From positions 1-56,208 of the forward strand of contig JAUXOE010000046.1 of NCBI GenBank assembly GCA_030682415.1: a stretch of DNA of 56,208 bases, in the 5' to 3' direction. Shown in pieces: positions 43,560-54,360 of the stretch. Position numbers and translations under genes: made by a program. Each line of letters begins with the position of its first letter. Position 1 is the stretch's first letter. The DNA is from Parvibaculum sp. GTDB lineage: Bacteria > Pseudomonadota > Alphaproteobacteria > Parvibaculales > Parvibaculaceae. The notes below the pieces were generated by a model, which worked only from the letters and a program-made list of their open reading frames with translations, did no database searches and was not told where the DNA came from.

Positions 43560-44531
43560 ATGACCGAGAATCTTCCGGACAAGAAGGTCTCCGTCCGCGA
43601 GACCTTCAAGATCGATTTCGACATGGAGGTTCCAGCTTTCTCGGAACCCAACGAATATGTGCCGGATTTCGATCCCGACTATCTGTTTGATCGGGACACA
43701 ACGATTGCGCTGCTGGCGGGCTTCGCCTTCAACCGCCGCGTCATCGTTCAGGGCTATCATGGCACGGGCAAGTCGACCCATATCGAACAGGTTGCGGCGC
43801 GCCTCAATTGGCCTTGCGTCCGTATCAATCTCGACAGCCATATCAGCCGCATCGACCTTGTCGGCAAGGATGCCATCGTCCTGAAAGACGGCAAGCAAGT
43901 GACCGAGTTCCGCGAAGGTATCCTGCCCTGGGCCCTACAGCACCCGGTGGCGCTGGTCTTCGACGAATACGACGCCGGCCGGCCGGACGTGATGTTCGTG
44001 ATCCAGCGCATTCTCGAGGCATCAGGCAAGCTGACGTTGCTCGACCAGAACCGCGTCATCCGCCCGCACCCGGCTTTCCGACTCTTCGCAACGGCCAACA
44101 CCGTCGGTCTCGGCGATACCTCAGGCCTCTATCACGGCACTCAGCAGATCAATCAGGGCCAGATGGACCGCTGGAACATCGTCACCACGTTGAACTATCT
44201 GCCGCATGCCGAAGAAGTGAACATCATGCTCTCCAAGCTGAAGAGCTATGACACGGAAGAAGGCCGCAAACAGATCGCGGCTATGGTCCGCGTTGCCGAT
44301 CTGACGCGGTCGGCCTTTATCAATGGTGACATCTCGACCGTGATGAGCCCGCGTACCGTGCTGACATGGGCCGAAAACGCCAAGATTTTCGGCGGCGATA
44401 TCGGCTTCGCTTTCCGCGTTACCTTCCTCAACAAATGCGACGAGCTTGAGCGGGCAACGGTGGCCGAGTTCTACCAGCGCTCCTTCGGCGAGGATCTCCC
44501 GGATTCGGCGGCGAACATCAAAGTCGCCTGA
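43560..44531 (+). CDS. cobS: Cobaltochelatase subunit CobS (AAA+)
   Basis: [35 protein letters not shown]; alternative start 43536. Confidence 0.95.
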   Translation: MTENLPDKKVSVRETFKIDFDMEVPAFSEPNEYVPDFDPDYLFDRDTTIALLAGFAFNRRVIVQGYHGTGKSTHIEQVAARLNWPCVRINLDSHISRIDLVGKDAIVLKDGKQVTEFREGILPWALQHPVALVFDEYDAGRPDVMFVIQRILEASGKLTLLDQNRVIRPHPAFRLFATANTVGLGDTSGLYHGTQQINQGQMDRWNIVTTLNYLPHAEEVNIMLSKLKSYDTEEGRKQIAAMVRVADLTRSAFINGDISTVMSPRTVLTWAENAKIFGGDIGFAFRVTFLNKCDELERATVAEFYQRSFGEDLPDSAANIKVA

Positions 44532-44554
44532 AAACGCGAAAAGCGACACGGCCC

Positions 44555-46456
44555 ATGAAATCGAAAGAAGGCCCCGTCGAACCGTTCAAGCGTGCGCTGG
44601 CGCAAACCATGCGCACGATTGCGGCCGAACCGGAGCTCAACGTCACCTTCGGCACCGAAGCGCCGGGCCTGCGCGGTCTGCGCGCCCGGTTGCCCCTGCC
44701 GAGCCGCACCCTGCCACCGGAAGAAGTGGCGCAGGTGCGTGGCGTCTCCGATGCCTATGCGCTCCGTCTCGCCCATCACGACGAAAAGATCAATACGGCA
44801 CTGCAGCCCGAAGGCGGCAACGCGCTTGCCGTCTTCGATGCGGTGGAACAGGCGCGTGTCGAGGCCATCGGCGCCAACCAGATGGCCGGCATGTCGCAGA
44901 ACCTGACCGCCGCACTGGAACAGCGCTGCGCGTCACGCGGCTATGACCGCATCACCTCCCGCGATGAGGCCCCACTCGCCGAGGCCGTCGCCATGATGGT
45001 CCGCGAAAAGCTGACCGGCCTGGCGCCGCCGCCATCGGCCCGCAAACTGGTCGATCAGTGGCGGTCGTGGATCGAAGACAAGGCAGGCAGCGATCTCGAC
45101 CGGCTCGGCGAGGTGATCGAGGACCAGAAGGCCTTCGCGCGGGCGACGCGCGACATTCTGGTCGATCTCGACATGGGCGACGAGCTTGGTGAAGCGCCCG
45201 ACCAAACCTCCGACGATGCCGACGACCAGGAAGGCGATGCCCAGGACAGTTCCGAGCAGAGCCAGTCGGGCGAGGCCGAACAACCCGAAGGCTCGTCCGC
45301 CGATCAGGTCGAATTCACCGACGGAGAGGGCGAGGAGGGCGACGAGCAGACTGTCGAGGTCGATGCCGACGACATGCCGTCCGACGGCGATTCGGACGAA
45401 ACAAGTGAGGGAAACCAGCCCTGGCGCCCGAACCAGCAGGGTGACGACAAGAACCGCGCCGCCTACAAGGTCTTCACTCCGCAATATGACGAGGTCATTG
45501 CGGCCGAGGACCTCTGCGACCTCGAAGAGCTGTCGCGCCTGCGCCAGTATCTCGACCAGCAACTGCAGCAGATGCAGGGTGTCGTTTCGCGTCTCGCCAA
45601 CCGTCTTCAGCGCCGCCTGCTGGCGCAACAGAACCGCACTTGGGAATTCGATCTCGAGGAAGGCATTCTCGACGCCGCGCGCCTCACCCGCGCCGTGATC
45701 GATCCCATGCAGCCGCTCGCCTTCAAGGTCGAGCACGACATGAACTTCCGCGACACGATCGTGACGCTGCTGCTCGATAATTCGGGTTCGATGCGCGGCC
45801 GGCCGATCACGGTTGCCGCGATGTGTGCCGACATTCTGGCGCGTACGCTTGAGCGTTGCGGCGTCAAGGTCGAGATTCTCGGCTTCACGACACGCGCATG
45901 GAAAGGCGGCCAATCGCGCGAGCGTTGGCTCGCGGAAGGCAAGCCCGCGCAGCCCGGCCGTCTCAACGATCTGCGCCACATCGTCTACAAGTCGGCCGAC
46001 AGCCCGTGGCGCCGCGCACGGCGCAATCTCGGCTTGATGATGCGGGAGGGTTTGCTAAAGGAGAACATCGACGGTGAAGCCCTGATCTGGGCCTATAACC
46101 GGCTGCTGGCACGACCGGAGCAGCGCCGGATCATGATGGTGATTTCTGACGGCGCGCCGGTCGACGATTCGACGCTGTCGGTCAATGCCGGCAACTATCT
46201 CGAAAAGCACCTGCGCTCGGTCATTGAGCAGATCGAAACCCGCTCACCCGTCGAGCTGATCGCCATTGGCATCGGTCACGACGTCACACGCTACTACCGC
46301 CGTGCCGTTACCATTGTCGATGCCGAACAGCTTGGCGGTGCGATGACCGAAAAGCTCGCGGAACTTTTCGACGATGAAACGACGCTTCGTCGTGGCCAGT
46401 TGAAGGCGCGCGGACAGGACGTCAAGAAGCGCCCCAAGCCCGCCGCCGTGCGCTAG
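44555..46456 (+). CDS. cobT: Cobaltochelatase subunit CobT (vWA)
   Basis: Acidic linker, [33 protein letters not shown]. Confidence 0.95.
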   Translation: MKSKEGPVEPFKRALAQTMRTIAAEPELNVTFGTEAPGLRGLRARLPLPSRTLPPEEVAQVRGVSDAYALRLAHHDEKINTALQPEGGNALAVFDAVEQARVEAIGANQMAGMSQNLTAALEQRCASRGYDRITSRDEAPLAEAVAMMVREKLTGLAPPPSARKLVDQWRSWIEDKAGSDLDRLGEVIEDQKAFARATRDILVDLDMGDELGEAPDQTSDDADDQEGDAQDSSEQSQSGEAEQPEGSSADQVEFTDGEGEEGDEQTVEVDADDMPSDGDSDETSEGNQPWRPNQQGDDKNRAAYKVFTPQYDEVIAAEDLCDLEELSRLRQYLDQQLQQMQGVVSRLANRLQRRLLAQQNRTWEFDLEEGILDAARLTRAVIDPMQPLAFKVEHDMNFRDTIVTLLLDNSGSMRGRPITVAAMCADILARTLERCGVKVEILGFTTRAWKGGQSRERWLAEGKPAQPGRLNDLRHIVYKSADSPWRRARRNLGLMMREGLLKENIDGEALIWAYNRLLARPEQRRIMMVISDGAPVDDSTLSVNAGNYLEKHLRSVIEQIETRSPVELIAIGIGHDVTRYYRRAVTIVDAEQLGGAMTEKLAELFDDETTLRRGQLKARGQDVKKRPKPAAVR

Positions 46457-46459
46457 GTC

Positions 46460-47083
46460 TCATTCCGCCTTGCCAATCCGGTAAGTACAGCGCCGCCCGC
46501 CCTCGAGCAGATACTCCTCCCGTTCGACACCTGCATCCGGTCCAAGCATCATCCGGAACAGCGCCAGCTCCGAACGGCAGAAACCCTGACACACCGTCGC
46601 CGCCGCGCAGATCGGGCAATGGTCCTCGATCAGGAGAAAATCCGCGCCATCGCGCTCGACCCGCGCCATGTAGCCCTCGGCCGCGCGGATCGCCGCCAGC
46701 GCCTCGACGCGCTCGGAAAGCTGCGCCCGGCCCTGCAGCGCCTTTTCATAGGTCAGGCGCATGTCGCGCTCACGCTCGGCGATCAAGCGTCCGAGGCCCT
46801 CCTCGCCGAACAGGCGGCGAATATCGCCGATCATTTTCGCGGTGAGTTCGGCATGAGCATCCGGGAAGCGGGCATGGCCCTTGTCGGTCAGCTTCCAGAA
46901 TTTTTTCGGGCGACCGACGCCTTCCACGAGATCGTATTTCTCGACCAGCCCCTCACGCAGCAGCATGTCGAGATGCCGCCGCGCGCCCATGCCCGTCATC
47001 GACAGCGCTGCGCCAAGCTGGTCTGCCGTCCGGGCACCATTGCGTTTCAGCAGGTGGAGAATGCGATCCGCGGTCTCATGCAT
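46460..47083 (-). CDS. HTH transcriptional regulator, SufR/ArsR-like with C-terminal Cys cluster
   Basis: ARRHL..L, GRP...W.LT..G, HCPIC, C, FCRSEL and RCTY. Confidence 0.88.
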   Translation of the reverse strand: MHETADRILHLLKRNGARTADQLGAALSMTGMGARRHLDMLLREGLVEKYDLVEGVGRPKKFWKLTDKGHARFPDAHAELTAKMIGDIRRLFGEEGLGRLIAERERDMRLTYEKALQGRAQLSERVEALAAIRAAEGYMARVERDGADFLLIEDHCPICAAATVCQGFCRSELALFRMMLGPDAGVEREEYLLEGGRRCTYRIGKAE

Positions 47084-47145
47084 GCCTGCATTTTGCCAGA
47101 ACCGGTGAATTTAGCAACTCTTTGGTATTTAAAATATATTATTAA

Positions 47146-47158
47146 AATCAACAGGTTG
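47146..47158 (+). promoter_or_regulatory. IHF consensus site
   Basis: AATCAA-CAGG-TTG matches WATCAA-N4-TTR, preceded by an A/T tract. Confidence 0.55.
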
Positions 47159-47258
47159 GGTAAAAACTCAGATGCATCTTCTTTTTATAAACTAAATAGA
47201 TTACAAATTTGCGTGCTGAATCCCGTCATGGCGAAGCGTCCTTCACAGAGACTGCCAA

Positions 47259-48431
47259 ATGTCGCGCTTCATTCCCACCCAGCCCCGCCGCAAGCGCAGC
47301 CTTGCCGCTGCGATCGTCTCCATGGGCATGGTCAATCTTTCGATGGGCATTGCCTTCCCGCTCGCGGCGCTGATCATGGCCCGGCAGGGCGCGGAACCCG
47401 GCCTGATCGGGCTTTCGGCCGCCGCGCAGGCCGCACCGGTGTTTCTGATCTCGCCGATCGCGCCCTGGATCATGCGTCGCTTCGGCCCGGCCAATGTGAT
47501 GATCGGCGGCCTTTTGCTGGCCGGTGTCGCCTTCCTGCTGATCGGCTACTACGCCAATTTCTTTGCCTGGTTTCCGCTCCGCTTCCTGCTCGGCGTCGCA
47601 GGCACCCTATTGTGGGCAACCAGCGAAGCCTGGATTAACGCGCTTGCCGAGGACGCCAAGCGCGGAAAGATCATCGGCATCTATGGCGCCTCTGCAGCTG
47701 CCGGCTTCGCACTCGGTCCGGCAACGCTGGTGCTGCTTGGAACGGGAGTCGAGCCTTTCTATCTGGGTGGCGCATTGATGATTGCAGCCGCCATTCTGGT
47801 CACCACCGCCGACAAGAGCCGCAATCACTTCGAAAAGACCGAAAAATCGTCACCCATGTGGCGCCTGGTCTTCGTCGCGCCGACGGCGCTGCTGGTCAAT
47901 GTGTTTTATGCCGCCGCCGAGGAGTCACTGGTCACATTCTTCCCGCTTTACGCCATCCGTTCCGGCATGGCCGAAAGTGGCAGCCTTGCGCTGCTGACCG
48001 TCGCCGCGATTGGCGCCATTGTCATGCAACCGATTGTCGGCGTGGCCGCCGACCGGATGAACCGGCTCGGCCTTTTGATCGGCCTGGTGCTGGCGACAAT
48101 GGCCGGCTATGCGCTGCTGCCTTTCGCGGTGCCCATGTTGATTGCGACCGGCATCGTCCTCTTTCTGGTCGTCGGCCTTGCCAACGGCATTTTCACGCTC
48201 GGCATGGTCCTTGTCGGCGAGCGCTTCCGTGGTGCCGAGCTTGCGGGCGCCAGCGCCTTCACAACCGCTATGTGGGGCACAGGCGCGCTGATCGGAACGC
48301 CGCTATCGGGTTTTGCGATGCAGCTCTGGGATCCGCACGGCCTCGTGCTGGCGGTCGTTCTGATCTTCGCTGCCTACCTCCCTTTCCCTGTCATCGCCTG
48401 GCTTCGAACGAGAAAGTCCTCCATCGCCTGA
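47259..48431 (+). CDS. MFS transporter (YcaD-like)
   Basis: About 12 TM, SEAWIN..RGK..G.Y, ADRMNR. Confidence 0.88.
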   Translation: MSRFIPTQPRRKRSLAAAIVSMGMVNLSMGIAFPLAALIMARQGAEPGLIGLSAAAQAAPVFLISPIAPWIMRRFGPANVMIGGLLLAGVAFLLIGYYANFFAWFPLRFLLGVAGTLLWATSEAWINALAEDAKRGKIIGIYGASAAAGFALGPATLVLLGTGVEPFYLGGALMIAAAILVTTADKSRNHFEKTEKSSPMWRLVFVAPTALLVNVFYAAAEESLVTFFPLYAIRSGMAESGSLALLTVAAIGAIVMQPIVGVAADRMNRLGLLIGLVLATMAGYALLPFAVPMLIATGIVLFLVVGLANGIFTLGMVLVGERFRGAELAGASAFTTAMWGTGALIGTPLSGFAMQLWDPHGLVLAVVLIFAAYLPFPVIAWLRTRKSSIA

Positions 48432-48502
48432 AATCGGCGCTTGAGCTTCCGCCGGATACGGATAATCTGCGCGGCTTTTCTCCGTTCAGGGCTTTTGACG
48501 CC

Positions 48503-49915
48503 ATGCGCGCCGCGCTCGCCACATTCCGCTCGGACCACCGTCTCTGGATCGATGAGGCGAAGGCGACGCTTGCCTTGTCGTGGCCGCTGATCTTCACCAA
48601 TCTGGCGCAGGTCGCAATCAATGCCACCGACGTGCTGATGATGGGCTGGCTCGGCCCCGACACGCTCGCCGCCGGCACGCTCGGCTCCAACCTTTATTTC
48701 GCCGTCTTTATCTTCGGAATCGGCCTGATGACCGCCGCCTCGCCGATGATCGCCGCCGAGCTTGGCCGCCGCAAACATTCCGTACGCGACGTGCGACGCA
48801 CCGTACGCCAGTCGTTCTGGGCAGGGCTCACGATTGTCATTCCGTTCTGGATGTTGCTCTGGAACGCCGAGTGGATACTGGTCACACTCGGACAGCAGCC
48901 GGCATTGGCAGCGGAAGGCGCATCCTACGTTCGCGCCATGCAATGGTCGTTGCTGCCGATGCTTTTCTATATCGTGCTGCGCGCCTTCATCGCGGCACTC
49001 GAACGGCCGCGCTGGGCCTTTGTCATCAGCGGTATCGCCGTTCCGTTCAACGCTTTCGCCAACTATTGCCTGATGTTCGGAAATTTCGGGTTCCCGGCAC
49101 TGGGGCTGGTCGGTGCGGGTATCGGCAGCGTTCTTTCCTGCAGCTTCATGTTTGCCGCACTGAGCCTCGTCGTACTCTTCGACCGGCAGTTCCGTCGCTA
49201 TCACTTGTTTGGCCGTTTCTGGCGCGCGGACTGGACGCGCTACCGGGAAATCTGGCGGCTCGGTCTGCCAATCGCCGTGACGCTCGGCCTTGAGGTGTCG
49301 GTCTTCAACGCCGCCGTCTTCGTGATCGGGCTTTTCGGTGCCGCGTCGCTGGCCGCCCACGCCATCGCCCTCCAAATCGCGGCCATTTCCTTCATGGTGC
49401 CGCTCGGCTTCTCACAAGCCGTCACGGTGCGCGTCGGCCGCGCTTACGGCGCCGGCGACCGCGGCGCAATCCGCCGCGCCGGTTGGACCCCCTTCGTCAT
49501 GGGCGTCGTTTTTATGGGACTTATGGCGCTGGTGATGATCCTCTTCCCCTATCCGCTGATCGGCGCCTTTCTCGACCGGACTGCGCCCGAAAACGCTCAC
49601 GTGATTGAGCTCGCGGTCACTTTCCTTGCTGTCGCCGCGCTATTCCAGGTTTTCGATGGCGCGCAATCGATTGGTGTCGGCATGTTGCGTGGTCTGCATG
49701 ACACGCGCGTTCCGATGATCTACGCCGGTGTGAGCTATTGGCTGATCGGCCTGACCTCGGGCGTCATGCTGGCTTTTCCGCTGGAATTGGAGGGGCTCGG
49801 AATCTGGCTCGGACTGGCGACAGGACTGGCTGCAGCCTCTTCGCTGATGCTCTACCGCTGGCTTCGCCGCGCAACACTGCGTCTGGACGAAGCGCCATGG
49901 GCACGTCGCACCTGA
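48503..49915 (+). CDS. MATE efflux transporter (NorM-like)
   Basis: TDVLMMG.LG..LAA, LGLPI, AAHAIALQ, RVGRAYG, FQVFDG.Q, LRGLHDT; start reset to MRAALA. Confidence 0.93.
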   Translation: MRAALATFRSDHRLWIDEAKATLALSWPLIFTNLAQVAINATDVLMMGWLGPDTLAAGTLGSNLYFAVFIFGIGLMTAASPMIAAELGRRKHSVRDVRRTVRQSFWAGLTIVIPFWMLLWNAEWILVTLGQQPALAAEGASYVRAMQWSLLPMLFYIVLRAFIAALERPRWAFVISGIAVPFNAFANYCLMFGNFGFPALGLVGAGIGSVLSCSFMFAALSLVVLFDRQFRRYHLFGRFWRADWTRYREIWRLGLPIAVTLGLEVSVFNAAVFVIGLFGAASLAAHAIALQIAAISFMVPLGFSQAVTVRVGRAYGAGDRGAIRRAGWTPFVMGVVFMGLMALVMILFPYPLIGAFLDRTAPENAHVIELAVTFLAVAALFQVFDGAQSIGVGMLRGLHDTRVPMIYAGVSYWLIGLTSGVMLAFPLELEGLGIWLGLATGLAAASSLMLYRWLRRATLRLDEAPWARRT

Positions 49916-50009
49916 ATCGCTTGTAAGCAAATCGCACACCGATATGATGCGGTCCGGCCGGAGCCGCATCGTGAAATCGCGACGACCCGGAATGGAAGGG
50001 TTGAGTCAA

Positions 50010-51134
50010 TTGCGTTGTTCGAACCTGACAACCGGTGTGTTGGTTTTTATCGCCCTCGTTTTCACCGGCGCGCCGGCCCATGCCGATGTGCAGCGCATTG
50101 AACTGAAGACAAACCCGCTTGTATGGAACCCGGAGGACCGCAGCGAGACGCGCACCGGCGAACTCGAATGGGCCGGCGGCATCGAAATAAAGTCATCGGA
50201 AAAGGAGTTCGGCGGCTGGTCGGGCCTTGCCATCAATCCGGATGGAACCACAATGCTCGCCGTTTCCGACGAAGGACAGTGGTTGAGCGCTAAGATTCTA
50301 TATGACGAAAGAGGCCGGTTATCGGGGCTCGCCGAAGGCCGCATAGCGCCGATGTTGGGGCTCGACGGCGAACCGATCGCCGGGAAGATGCTCGGCGATG
50401 CCGAAGGCCTGGTGGTCGACACAGATGAACCCTTGGCCGGCAAGGCCTATGTCAGCTTCGAACGCGCGCACCGCATTTGGCGTTACGATCTCGGTGCGGA
50501 CGGTTTCATGGCACGGCCCGAACAGCTCCTGACCCAGCGCCATTTTGGCCGCCTCAATTCCAACGGCGGCATTGAATCGATTGAATTGCTTCCCGCAGCA
50601 GACGCCGACGGAGAGCCCCGCATCCTCGCATTCACCGAAGACACGTTAGACCCGCGCGGAAACATCAAGGCCTTCGTGGCTGACGGTCACGACATTTCAT
50701 GGTTCGCCCTGCGCCCGCGGGCACCATACAAACCGACCGATGTCGCGCGACTGCCAAACGGCGATCTACTCGTTCTGGAGCGGCGTTTCTCGATGCTCGG
50801 CGGCGTCGGCATGCAACTGCGTCTGATCGACCAGGATCACATCGTCCCCGGAGCGGTCGTTGACGGCGAAGTGCTTGTCGATGTCGGACAGCGCTATTCG
50901 ATCGACAACATGGAGGGTTTGGCCGTTCGTGAGGACAAGAACGGCGATCTACTGATCTACATGCTCTCGGACGACAACTTCAATATGTTGCAACGGACAC
51001 TGCTTTTGATGTTCCGTCTGAAGGCAGACATTTCGGCGGCGACCGAGCCGGTCAGGCTCCCCCGAAACCCGACAGCGGACGAATTGTCCGGCGCAACATT
51101 CCGGTCGGAAAAAGCTGTAGCAGCGCCCAACTGA
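50010..51134 (+). CDS. Esterase-like activity of phytase family secreted protein
   Basis: Signal peptide AHA-D, FGGWSGL, DAEGL, NGGIES, LERRF, DNMEGL, SDDNF; TTG start after GGAAGG (alternative ATG 49992). Confidence 0.88.
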   Translation: MRCSNLTTGVLVFIALVFTGAPAHADVQRIELKTNPLVWNPEDRSETRTGELEWAGGIEIKSSEKEFGGWSGLAINPDGTTMLAVSDEGQWLSAKILYDERGRLSGLAEGRIAPMLGLDGEPIAGKMLGDAEGLVVDTDEPLAGKAYVSFERAHRIWRYDLGADGFMARPEQLLTQRHFGRLNSNGGIESIELLPAADADGEPRILAFTEDTLDPRGNIKAFVADGHDISWFALRPRAPYKPTDVARLPNGDLLVLERRFSMLGGVGMQLRLIDQDHIVPGAVVDGEVLVDVGQRYSIDNMEGLAVREDKNGDLLIYMLSDDNFNMLQRTLLLMFRLKADISAATEPVRLPRNPTADELSGATFRSEKAVAAPN

Positions 51135-51732
51135 AATACAAACCAGCCTCGACAATGAGGCGCGCAATCAATGCGCTGTCCCACGGCGCGGTCGGTCGCA
51201 TGCTGAATGCAACGGTGAATGCAATTCCGCCAATCAATGCCGCAAGGAAAGGCGCCTTCCACCAGGGAATGCCGCGCAACCAGTCGAAGGTCAATACGTT
51301 GACGAGCTGCGCCAGCGCCATCGCGCCCACAAAGGCAGCTGCCTCGGGATAGGGCACAACCTCCTCGCGAAAGTCGACGATAAGGCCTTCATGCAATGCC
51401 AGGACCAGCGCCCCGCCGATCAGAAGCCATACGACAAAGGCAGCTGTGAGCGTCAACGCAGGTCCGTAACGGCGACTGGTCAGGTTAAGAATAAAGAAAA
51501 CAGCCGGCAGAACGAGAAGACCCCATGTCATCCATTCGGCAGCGTCGAGCCGCGGGTCGAAGGAAGCGAGATAGCGGGCTTCCGCGACAGGCACCTCACG
51601 CAGGAAGAAGGCTGCGGCAAAAGCAGCGCACAAGGCCGCAACCGGCACGAACAGCCGCAACAACGCCGTAACCAGCCGCGCAAGCAAACCCGGCCGGCTG
51701 ATCGGCACTCGATCAACCCCGCTATCCAGCAT
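51052..51732 (-). CDS. Integral membrane protein, divergent VUT/YhhQ-like
   Basis: About 6 TM, TWGLLVLP..FFILNLTSRRYGP, AQL....FD.LR...WW.AP; downstream of rpmB. Confidence 0.72.
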   Translation of the reverse strand: MLDSGVDRVPISRPGLLARLVTALLRLFVPVAALCAAFAAAFFLREVPVAEARYLASFDPRLDAAEWMTWGLLVLPAVFFILNLTSRRYGPALTLTAAFVVWLLIGGALVLALHEGLIVDFREEVVPYPEAAAFVGAMALAQLVNVLTFDWLRGIPWWKAPFLAALIGGIAFTVAFSMRPTAPWDSALIARLIVEAGLYFSWALLQLFPTGMLRRTIRPLSGFGGA

Positions 51733-51831
51733 CCGCACACCCCCAAAACATCGGGGTGAAGTCTAACGGCACGGGCCGCCGTCTGGAAAGACCGCGACCT
51801 GACTTTCGACAAACTGGGTAAAAGCTGCTGG

Positions 51832-51854
51832 AAAAAAGGCGGCCCGAAAGCCGC
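51832..51854 (-). terminator. Intrinsic terminator of rpmB
   Basis: Minus strand GCGGCT-TTCG-GGCCGC followed by CTTTTTT. Confidence 0.8.
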
Positions 51855-51887
51855 TCATTTTTTGATTCGAGCGACCGCCGATAACCG

Positions 51888-52178
51888 TCAGACGGAAGCG
51901 ACCTGTGCCTTCTCGACCGCACGCTTCAGTTTGAGCGCGCGCGAGGAGAGTTGCGCATCGGCAGCTTTCAGCAGGAACGGGTCAAGCCCACCATTATGTT
52001 CCACCGAACGCAGCGCATGCGCCGATATACGCAGGCTGACCTGACGGCCCAACGCATCGCTGATGAGCGTCACCTGGCAGAGATTCGGCAGGAACCGGCG
52101 TCGGGTCTTGCGATTGGCGTGGCTCACATTATTGCCGGACATCACGGCCTTGCCGGACAGTTCGCAGCGGCGGGACAT
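51888..52178 (-). CDS. rpmB: 50S ribosomal protein L28
   Basis: [28 protein letters not shown]; AAGGAAG RBS. Confidence 0.98.
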   Translation of the reverse strand: MSRRCELSGKAVMSGNNVSHANRKTRRRFLPNLCQVTLISDALGRQVSLRISAHALRSVEHNGGLDPFLLKAADAQLSSRALKLKRAVEKAQVASV

Positions 52179-52278
52179 GGGACTTCCTTTGTAAATTCGT
52201 CAGGCTGCCGCAGTTTCCCGCGCAGCCCTTGCAGGCGGGCACGTATAAAAGGCCCGCAAGGGCCAGTCAAGGGCCCGT

Positions 52279-53322
52279 TCAGGCTTCTTCTGCGCGCCCG
52301 AGCACCAAAGCCAGCAGCCGCCGCGCAGCCGCTGTAGGGGTCGTCGCGCCCTCCCCAACCTCACGCTCAAGTTGGGGCACCAGCGCCGCCGCCCTTGGAT
52401 CGGTCTTGAGGCTCGCAATCAGGCCTTCCCGCAGCTCGGTCCAGAACCAGGCTTTTGCCTGATGGGCCCGCAGCCGGTCCAGATCACCGGATATCGTCAG
52501 TGCCGCTCGGTAGCCCTCCGCAGCCTCCCAGACCTTGTCGAGCCCTTCGCCCTTCAGGGCGGACGCCAGAAGCACGTGTGGTGTCCATGCAGCGGTTTTG
52601 GGCCGCATCAAGTGAAGCGCGGCCTGATATTCCGTCTGGGCCCGCCGCGCAGCCGGGGCTAGGTCGCCATCGGCCTTGTTAACCACAATAAGGTCGGCAA
52701 GCTCCATAATACCCCGCTTGATCCCCTGCAGTTCATCCCCGCCGCCCGGCGCGAGCAGGAGCAGGAACATGTCGACCATATCGGCCACCGACGTTTCGGA
52801 TTGGCCGACGCCGACCGTCTCGACAAGGATGACGTCATAGCCGGCAGCCTCGGCAAGCAGCATGGCCTCGCGCGTCCGCCGGGCGACGCCGCCAAGTGTG
52901 CCGCCTGAGGGCGATGGCCGGATGAAGGCACGGGGGTCACGCGCCAGCAATTCCATACGGGTCTTGTCGCCAAGGATCGAACCACCCGTCCGTGCCGATG
53001 ACGGATCGACGGCCAGAACGGCAACGCGCAAGCCTTTGCCGGTCAGGAGCCGGCCGAAGGCCTCGATAAAGGTCGATTTACCCACACCCGGCGTCCCGGA
53101 CAGGCCCAACCTGACGGCCTTGCCCGTCTCGGGAAGCAACGCGGCCAGCAGCGCCTGAGCAATCTCCTGATGGTCGGCGCGCGAAGATTCGACCAGTGTT
53201 ATGCCGCGTGCCAGCGCAACGCGGCTCCCGGCGCGAATATCGGCAGCCAGGGCCGATGGATCGGGCAGGGCGCGATTCAGGGCTTGCCGTTGCCGCTGCC
53301 TTTTTTTGCCACCAATCGTCAT
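52279..53322 (-). CDS. meaB: Methylmalonyl-CoA mutase-associated GTPase
   Basis: [37 protein letters not shown]; start uncertain. Confidence 0.95.
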   Translation of the reverse strand: MTIGGKKRQRQRQALNRALPDPSALAADIRAGSRVALARGITLVESSRADHQEIAQALLAALLPETGKAVRLGLSGTPGVGKSTFIEAFGRLLTGKGLRVAVLAVDPSSARTGGSILGDKTRMELLARDPRAFIRPSPSGGTLGGVARRTREAMLLAEAAGYDVILVETVGVGQSETSVADMVDMFLLLLAPGGGDELQGIKRGIMELADLIVVNKADGDLAPAARRAQTEYQAALHLMRPKTAAWTPHVLLASALKGEGLDKVWEAAEGYRAALTISGDLDRLRAHQAKAWFWTELREGLIASLKTDPRAAALVPQLEREVGEGATTPTAAARRLLALVLGRAEEA

Positions 53323-53474
53323 TCCAGTTGCATACTTGGTCAAGCCGGGCTCCGTCCAGCCCCGAGACAACCACCGGGGGTACCGTTCACCTCCGGTTCA
53401 TGCAGTTTTGGCGACCATAAGTCCCACGAGGCGATCCACCGGGTAAAACCGGGCCCGACCGAGCGAGGAACAAA

Positions 53475-54353
53475 ATGGCGCGACCCAGATACGCAATCAG
53501 ACGAACAGTGCCGGCATGGACAGCGCTCGCGGCAGCCATATTTGCGCTCGCACCCATGCCCGTTGATGTCGCGGCGGCACCCGTTCCACCAGAGCTGGAA
53601 ACGGAGCAGCCCAGCATTCAGGCTGACTACACCGTGTATATCGGCGGTTTCATGGCCGCAGAAGGCACGGTCAGCGCAACCTTGCACGACGATACATATG
53701 TGATGAAGAGCTTTCTCGGTGTCGCCGGTCTGCCGAAGAACTTTCTCGATGCGAAATGGACCATGGAAAGCAGCGGCCGTATTGACGAGGCGGTGCCGCG
53801 CCCTGACTGGTTTGCGTTCCATTCCAGCCAAAAAGGGAAGATCAAGTATCGAGAGATGAGCTACGACGCCGCCGGACGCCCGGAAATGACTTTCGACCCG
53901 CCGCTACGGCCTCATGAAGAGATTCGCGTATTGCCGTTTGAGCGCCAGAATACGCTCGATCCGATTAGCGCCCTGCTGTTGCCGGTCGCAACGAACGGGA
54001 ATCCGTGCGCGCGCCGCCTGGCCGTCTTCGATGGCAAGCACCGCTACGATCTGCAGCTTGCCTTCGACAGCGAAGGCACGGTGACGACGCGCGACAAGGG
54101 ATACAGCGGCAAGGCAATCCGCTGCTCGGTTCAGATGGCGCCCCGCGGCGGGATGCGCCAAACGAGCTTCATCCGAATGCTACAGCAGCGCGACAATGCA
54201 TATATCTGGCTCGCCCCGATGAACGACGGGAACATCTATATCCCCGTGCGCATTCAGGTAAGAACACCGATCGGCGGCGCCGTCATGGACGTCGTGAGAC
54301 TCCGCGAGTACGCGGCGAAAGAGCCGGCTGCAACAACTGCAGAGGCGCAATAG
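53475..54353 (+). CDS. DUF3108 family exported protein
   Basis: Signal peptide, LDPISA, VFDGKHRYDL, IWLAP..PVR...TPIG; GAGGA RBS. Confidence 0.85.
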   Translation: MARPRYAIRRTVPAWTALAAAIFALAPMPVDVAAAPVPPELETEQPSIQADYTVYIGGFMAAEGTVSATLHDDTYVMKSFLGVAGLPKNFLDAKWTMESSGRIDEAVPRPDWFAFHSSQKGKIKYREMSYDAAGRPEMTFDPPLRPHEEIRVLPFERQNTLDPISALLLPVATNGNPCARRLAVFDGKHRYDLQLAFDSEGTVTTRDKGYSGKAIRCSVQMAPRGGMRQTSFIRMLQQRDNAYIWLAPMNDGNIYIPVRIQVRTPIGGAVMDVVRLREYAAKEPAATTAEAQ

Positions 54354-54360
54354 GCGGGCG

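Noticed and set aside
45180-45450. Low-complexity acidic stretch in cobT
   Set aside because: Normal acidic linker of CobT.
47858-48502. Long N-terminal extension of the MATE ORF (685 aa)
   Set aside because: Out-of-frame overlap with the upstream MFS gene; MATE homology starts near 48503.
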